A stretch of 64,000 bases of DNA from the human T2T-CHM13v2.0 reference genome, Homo sapiens, in the NCBI RefSeq assembly GCF_009914755.1, contig NC_060929.1. The stretch is one strand, 5' to 3'. Under the pieces are notes generated by a model. The model made no database searches. It saw nothing but the letters and a program-made list of their open reading frames with translations, and was not told the DNA's origin. Made by a program: the position numbers and the translations under genes. Of the stretch, positions 59,242 to 64,000 are shown piece after piece (position 1 is the stretch's first letter; each line of letters opens with the position of its first letter).

Positions 59242-59752
59242 GATAAATTTATTTTAAAAAGAACAATGTCAAAACCAGAAAATTGAAAAAGGAAAAACTA
59301 TAGGAAATGTTAGCGCCCCCATTAACCCTATCTAGAGAGTAATATTTTCACTTTGATTAGCATCCAAGCCAAGTCAGCTTCTTACACACTTATTTCACAT
59401 CAAGAATGCCAAAAGGGGACTTGAGCACACATAAGCCTGGCGTCTGGAGAGACTCAAGCCTTGAACACCTCAACTCATAACTATTGGCTCCTAAAATAAC
59501 AAAATTCCTTGACCACACCTGTGGGATGAAATGAGAAACAAGTAAACACAAGCACACAGGTTTAACTGTACCAGGTTCAAGTGCAAAAATCTAATGATTA
59601 GCACTGAATTTATTTCTGAAATGTTAAGCCTATACTTCCAGTTGTTTTTAAATAACAATAGCTTTTAAGTACTCAATATGCACCAGATATTGTGCAAAGT
59701 ACTTAATAGATACTCTTATTTGTCTTCATATCAATGATATGAGGTAAATTCT

Positions 59753-60052
59753 ATTTTTTTTAATTATACTTCAAGTTTTAGGGTACATGTGCACAACGTG
59801 CAGGTTTGTTACATATGTATACATGTGCCATGTTGGTGTGCTGCACCCATTAACTCATCATTTAACATTAGGTATGTCTCCTAATGCTATCCCTCCCCAC
59901 CTCCCCCCACCCCACAACAGGCCCCAGTGTGTGCTGTTCCCCTTCCTGTGTCCATGTGTTCTCATTGTTCAATTCCCACCTATGAGCGAGAACATGCGGT
60001 GTTTGGTTTTTTGTCCTTGCGATAGTTTGCTGAGAATGACAGTTTCCAGCTT
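59753..60052 (-). mobile_element. L1PA 3' end (~300 bp)
   Basis: ttatacttcaagttttagggtacatgtgcacaacgtgcagg... is the L1PA 3'UTR. Confidence 0.9.
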
Positions 60053-60868
60053 TAACCAATCCTCCCCACTACAATTTTGTAAACATTTTGTATTGAAATC
60101 ATTTGGGACTTGCAGACAAGCTGCACAGATAGAACACAGAGTTTCCATACAGAGCGCACCCAGCTTCCCCTATGTCCACATTTTAAATTTCCGTAACTCA
60201 AAGATCAAAACCAAGACATTAACATCCATACAAAGCCATTAGCTAATTTACAGACTTTTCCTAACTTTGCCCTTTCTTTCTCATCCAGGATCCCACATTG
60301 CATTTAATCGTCACGCCCCCTTCATCCCTTTAACCTGACCAGTCTGTGACAGTTCCTCGTTACTCCTTGTCTTTTATGACCTTGACCCTTTAGAAGAGCA
60401 TTAGTCAGGTATTTTGTGGAGTGTCTCTCGGTATGGGTCTGTCTGATATTTTCCGGTGATTGGATTGACGTTATGCATTTTTAGCAAGATGCTATGCCCT
60501 CCTCAGTGCATTACATCAGAGATGCACTTCTGATTTTAATCAGAAAAAAAGTAAAATGTGGTTGTATAAGTGAGTATGTGTGTGTGTGAGTGTGTGTGCC
60601 TTTGTTCCCCCTCACACATAAGGCAGAGACGTGGGAAGCCTCGATCCCATTGGTCCTGCACAATTTAGCAGTGGCTATGACAAGTTGTCACTCACAAACA
60701 ACTTTTGGGCTTAAGAAGCAGCTGACTGTTGGCAGGGAGTAACCCTGAGCCAACAGAATGAGGTAATTGGCTAGCAAGTGCCGAGACAGGTGCACCTGAG
60801 TCTCCTGCTCCCCAGAACAGGGCACCCCATCTCCCGGCTGTGGGCCATGATCGGTGTCCTTCTTTCTT

Positions 60869-61198
60869 TTCTGGTTTGTTTGTTTGTTTGTTTGTTTGTT
60901 TGTTTGTTTGTTTTTTGAGACAGAGATTTGCTCTGTCACCCAGGCTGGAGTACAGTGGTGCAATCTCAGCTCACTGCAACCTCCTTCTCCCAGGTTCTAA
61001 GCGATTCTACTGCCTCAGCCTCCAGAGTAGCTGGGATTACCAGTGCATACCACCACACCCAGCTAATTTTGGATTTTTCATAGAGACGAGGTTTCACCAT
61101 GTCAGCCAGGCTGGTCTCAAACTCCTGATCTCAAGTGATCCACCTGCCTCGGCCTCCCAAAGTGCTGGGATTACAGGTGTGAGCCACCAAGCCAGGCC
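60869..61198 (-). mobile_element. AluS with (TTTG)n tail
   Basis: TSD TGTCCTTCTTTCTT at 60855-60868 and 61199-61212. Confidence 0.95.
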
Positions 61199-61984
61199 TG
61201 TCCTTCTTTCTTGATAAAAACTCTTAAAAGGCCCCAAGCATAAGGTCCTCCCTCATCACAAATTCGCATTCACCTTTGTTCCTTCACTGACAGCTGTGCC
61301 CGGAATTCCCTGGCTCTGCCAGTTTCTGTGACTGCAGGCAGCCGGCAGACTCAGGCCCTCCTGCCAGGGGGAGAATTTGCCACGTTAGCAAGAGAGACTC
61401 CCATCACATCCAAGCGACCGGGTATGTGTCCAAGTGACAGAAATGCGGATTTACTCTCTTGACCTCACACTGCGCCTCCCGTGCCCTCAGATGTGCAGTG
61501 CAAATGGCAGCTCCTTGTCTTCTTATAAACCTGCCAGTCTGCATCAGGCATCTGAAGACATCCTTGCAGTGAATGGAGGAATCAGTCAGCATGCGTTTGC
61601 AAGAGCGTTTATTCCGCAGCCCTCACAATCTCGGGGGCCCTGAGAGGATCCAATGGCAAAATGAAACTGACCTGCCATGGAAATAACATGGAATGGATCT
61701 AACACATTGTCCTGAGTCAGTCGAGGGGACAGAACTTATTCGTACATTCAGTGAATGTGTGTGATCTGCCCACTGTGAGACAGGTACTGCACTAAGAGCC
61801 AGACTAGAGGGAGGAGCGAGGGAACCACAGGCTCTGCCTTCTGAGAGCTTCTGGTCTGACCAGTTTGTATTAAAAGCAAGGGGGTAACATAAATGGGAGT
61901 CCAAAATACTGTGATACGGACTTTGAATGCCATAGACATTCCAAAGGAGAAAATAAGGAAGTTTATAAAGCAATAAAATGTGCG

Positions 61985-62400
61985 TGTTATAAATGGGGGA
62001 GTAAGTTCCCCTGGTGGTGTCTTTAAGGATCACTCCAACTGTGGAACTCACGCTGGGAGAGGCATGTGAAATTCAGGGACTTATTATACTCACAGATTCT
62101 AGAGAGGGAGCCACAGCACACATGCAGAGGGCTGTGTAGGACCAGCTCCAAGGGATTGGGTTCAGCCAGGCAGGTGGGAGCTGAGAGAAAGTGAGAGCTG
62201 GTGGCCAAGTGCCTTTATTGCTGAGTCAGGGTGGAGCAAAAGGCATGGGGGTATTTTACTGGTGCATTTGAATGTCAGTAGATCACAGTCAGGGAAGGCA
62301 GGAAGGGGAACCTGGGGCAGAGGCCGGCCTTATCACACAGGTGCACCTGGTCTCCTGGGCCGTGAGAGACCGGGTCATGAGGATGCCTGTAAGGCATCAT
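61985..62400. mobile_element. Old ERVL-type LTR fragment (MER54/MER73/MER74 group)
   Basis: acttattatactcacag, gcctttattg and ggtgcatttgaatgtc motifs recall this LTR group. Subfamily and ends are uncertain. Confidence 0.5.
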
Positions 62401-63214
62401 GAACATTTGAAGTTTTCAAAGTTTTTAAAAAATTCACAGTGTTGTGAATCAATGAACATAGCCAATTAGCATCAGGGAATACGGAGAAAATTCCACCAAG
62501 AAGACTGAATAGTATAGAATTGCATTAATTGAGCAACTTAATAGGCAAGCTGTTCAGATCCAGGGCCTCAGGAAAAATGGCATTTCTTTCCTGGCAATTT
62601 GTAACATTTTCCATCAGGCACCTCTCCTGTCCAGCAATAATTGTGTTTACTATTCAAGTTATTGTTTATTCTACGGTTTTTTGTTATTACTATTTCCCTT
62701 GCATGGTTTTCTCATTACTTTAATGCTATTTGTTGTGGGCTAGAGGTTTTTTAATTATTATTCCTTTCCCTTGTATTTGCTTTTATGTGAAGGCTTTAAC
62801 TTCAGGTGCTTCCTCGGATTGTTTGTAAAGCAGCCTTGCATTTCAGAAGAGCGCTGAGGTGTCTGGGTTTTTTTCTGTTTTGACACTGGCTTCTCAGATG
62901 GCTTATTTGGGCTGAGCTTGAGGCCTCAACCTGCAGCAGAAAACACACCAGAGCCGTAGTTGTTAGGTAATGCGTATTTAATAGCTATTAGAAATGACAA
63001 CTCCTGCTGCTGAACAGCTGTCACTGGAGGCCCAGAAATGCCACAACCACGGGAACATAAAGTCTTCTCTCTGGGGGTTGGTTTCAGCTCCTACCCAGCT
63101 TCTGTGGAGCTTTAAAAAAGAAAAAAACAGGAATCTTGCCATTTTTCTCCCGTTAACTGGCAAATGTTCCCACCACCAAATTCCTCATGGCTACATGCCA
63201 GCACTAAAAACAAA

Positions 63215-63237
63215 TCATCATCATCATCATCATCATC
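63215..63237. repeat. (CAT)n trinucleotide repeat at a MIR end
   Basis: Read directly from the sequence. Confidence 0.9.
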
Positions 63238-63648
63238 AGAGCTGGCATTTATTGAGTTCTTACTATATACGCCAACCACCGTGCTGAACAACTACATAAT
63301 TATGTCATTGAATCATCAGTAGCCCTCATTTATAGACGATTATCATCCCCTTTTATAGATGTGGAAAATGAGGCACACAGAGTTTAAGTAACTTGCTCAA
63401 AATCACTGAGCAAGTAAGTGGAATTGTTGGGATTCCAACCAGGCAGTCTGGCCTGGACTTTCAACACTAGACTAGCCATGAGACTGACCTCAGAGGTGAG
63501 GCATAAAGGAATTTTGTCTTTGCAGGCAGCTTGTGCGATGGTTACACACTAGAATTCTGAGTTTGAACCCAAGTAAACTTTTCAGGAGAGGAAACAGGAG
63601 TTTCCCAGGTAGAAAGTGGGAGAGCCAGAGTTTGAAACAAAAGCCCCT

Positions 63649-63976
<328 letters not shown>

Positions 63977-64000
63977 TTACCCTCTCTCTTCCCAGCCGCC

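Noticed and set aside
59740-60070. TSD for the short L1PA 3' fragment
   Set aside because: I could not find a convincing direct repeat, so no insertion mechanism is claimed.

Overview
This window is primate (human-type) genomic DNA from inside the teneurin-2 gene (TENM2/ODZ2), transcribed on the + strand. Four constitutive coding exons splice in frame with canonical AG/GT sites: 4302-4424, 18945-19150, 47444-47639 and 54896-54997. They encode the juxtamembrane extracellular linker, the RERR furin site and the first EGF-like repeat. The rest is intron, rich in Alu, L1, L2, MIR, DNA transposons and solo LTRs, including a full-length but disabled antisense L1PA with an 18-bp TSD (34299-40452). 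Almost every ORF in the supplied track is spurious or repeat-derived, and there is no prokaryotic system or CRISPR array. Best leads: (1) a candidate alternative terminal exon at 56472-56524 that would end TENM2 after EGF1 with a Cys-containing tail and its own AATAAA; (2) the L1 antisense promoter/ORF0 region pointing into the furin-site exon; (3) a ~153-bp inverted duplication inside a MER1A that should form a long pre-mRNA hairpin; (4) atypical retrotransposition products. Repeat subfamily names come from recalled consensus sequences, not from a search.
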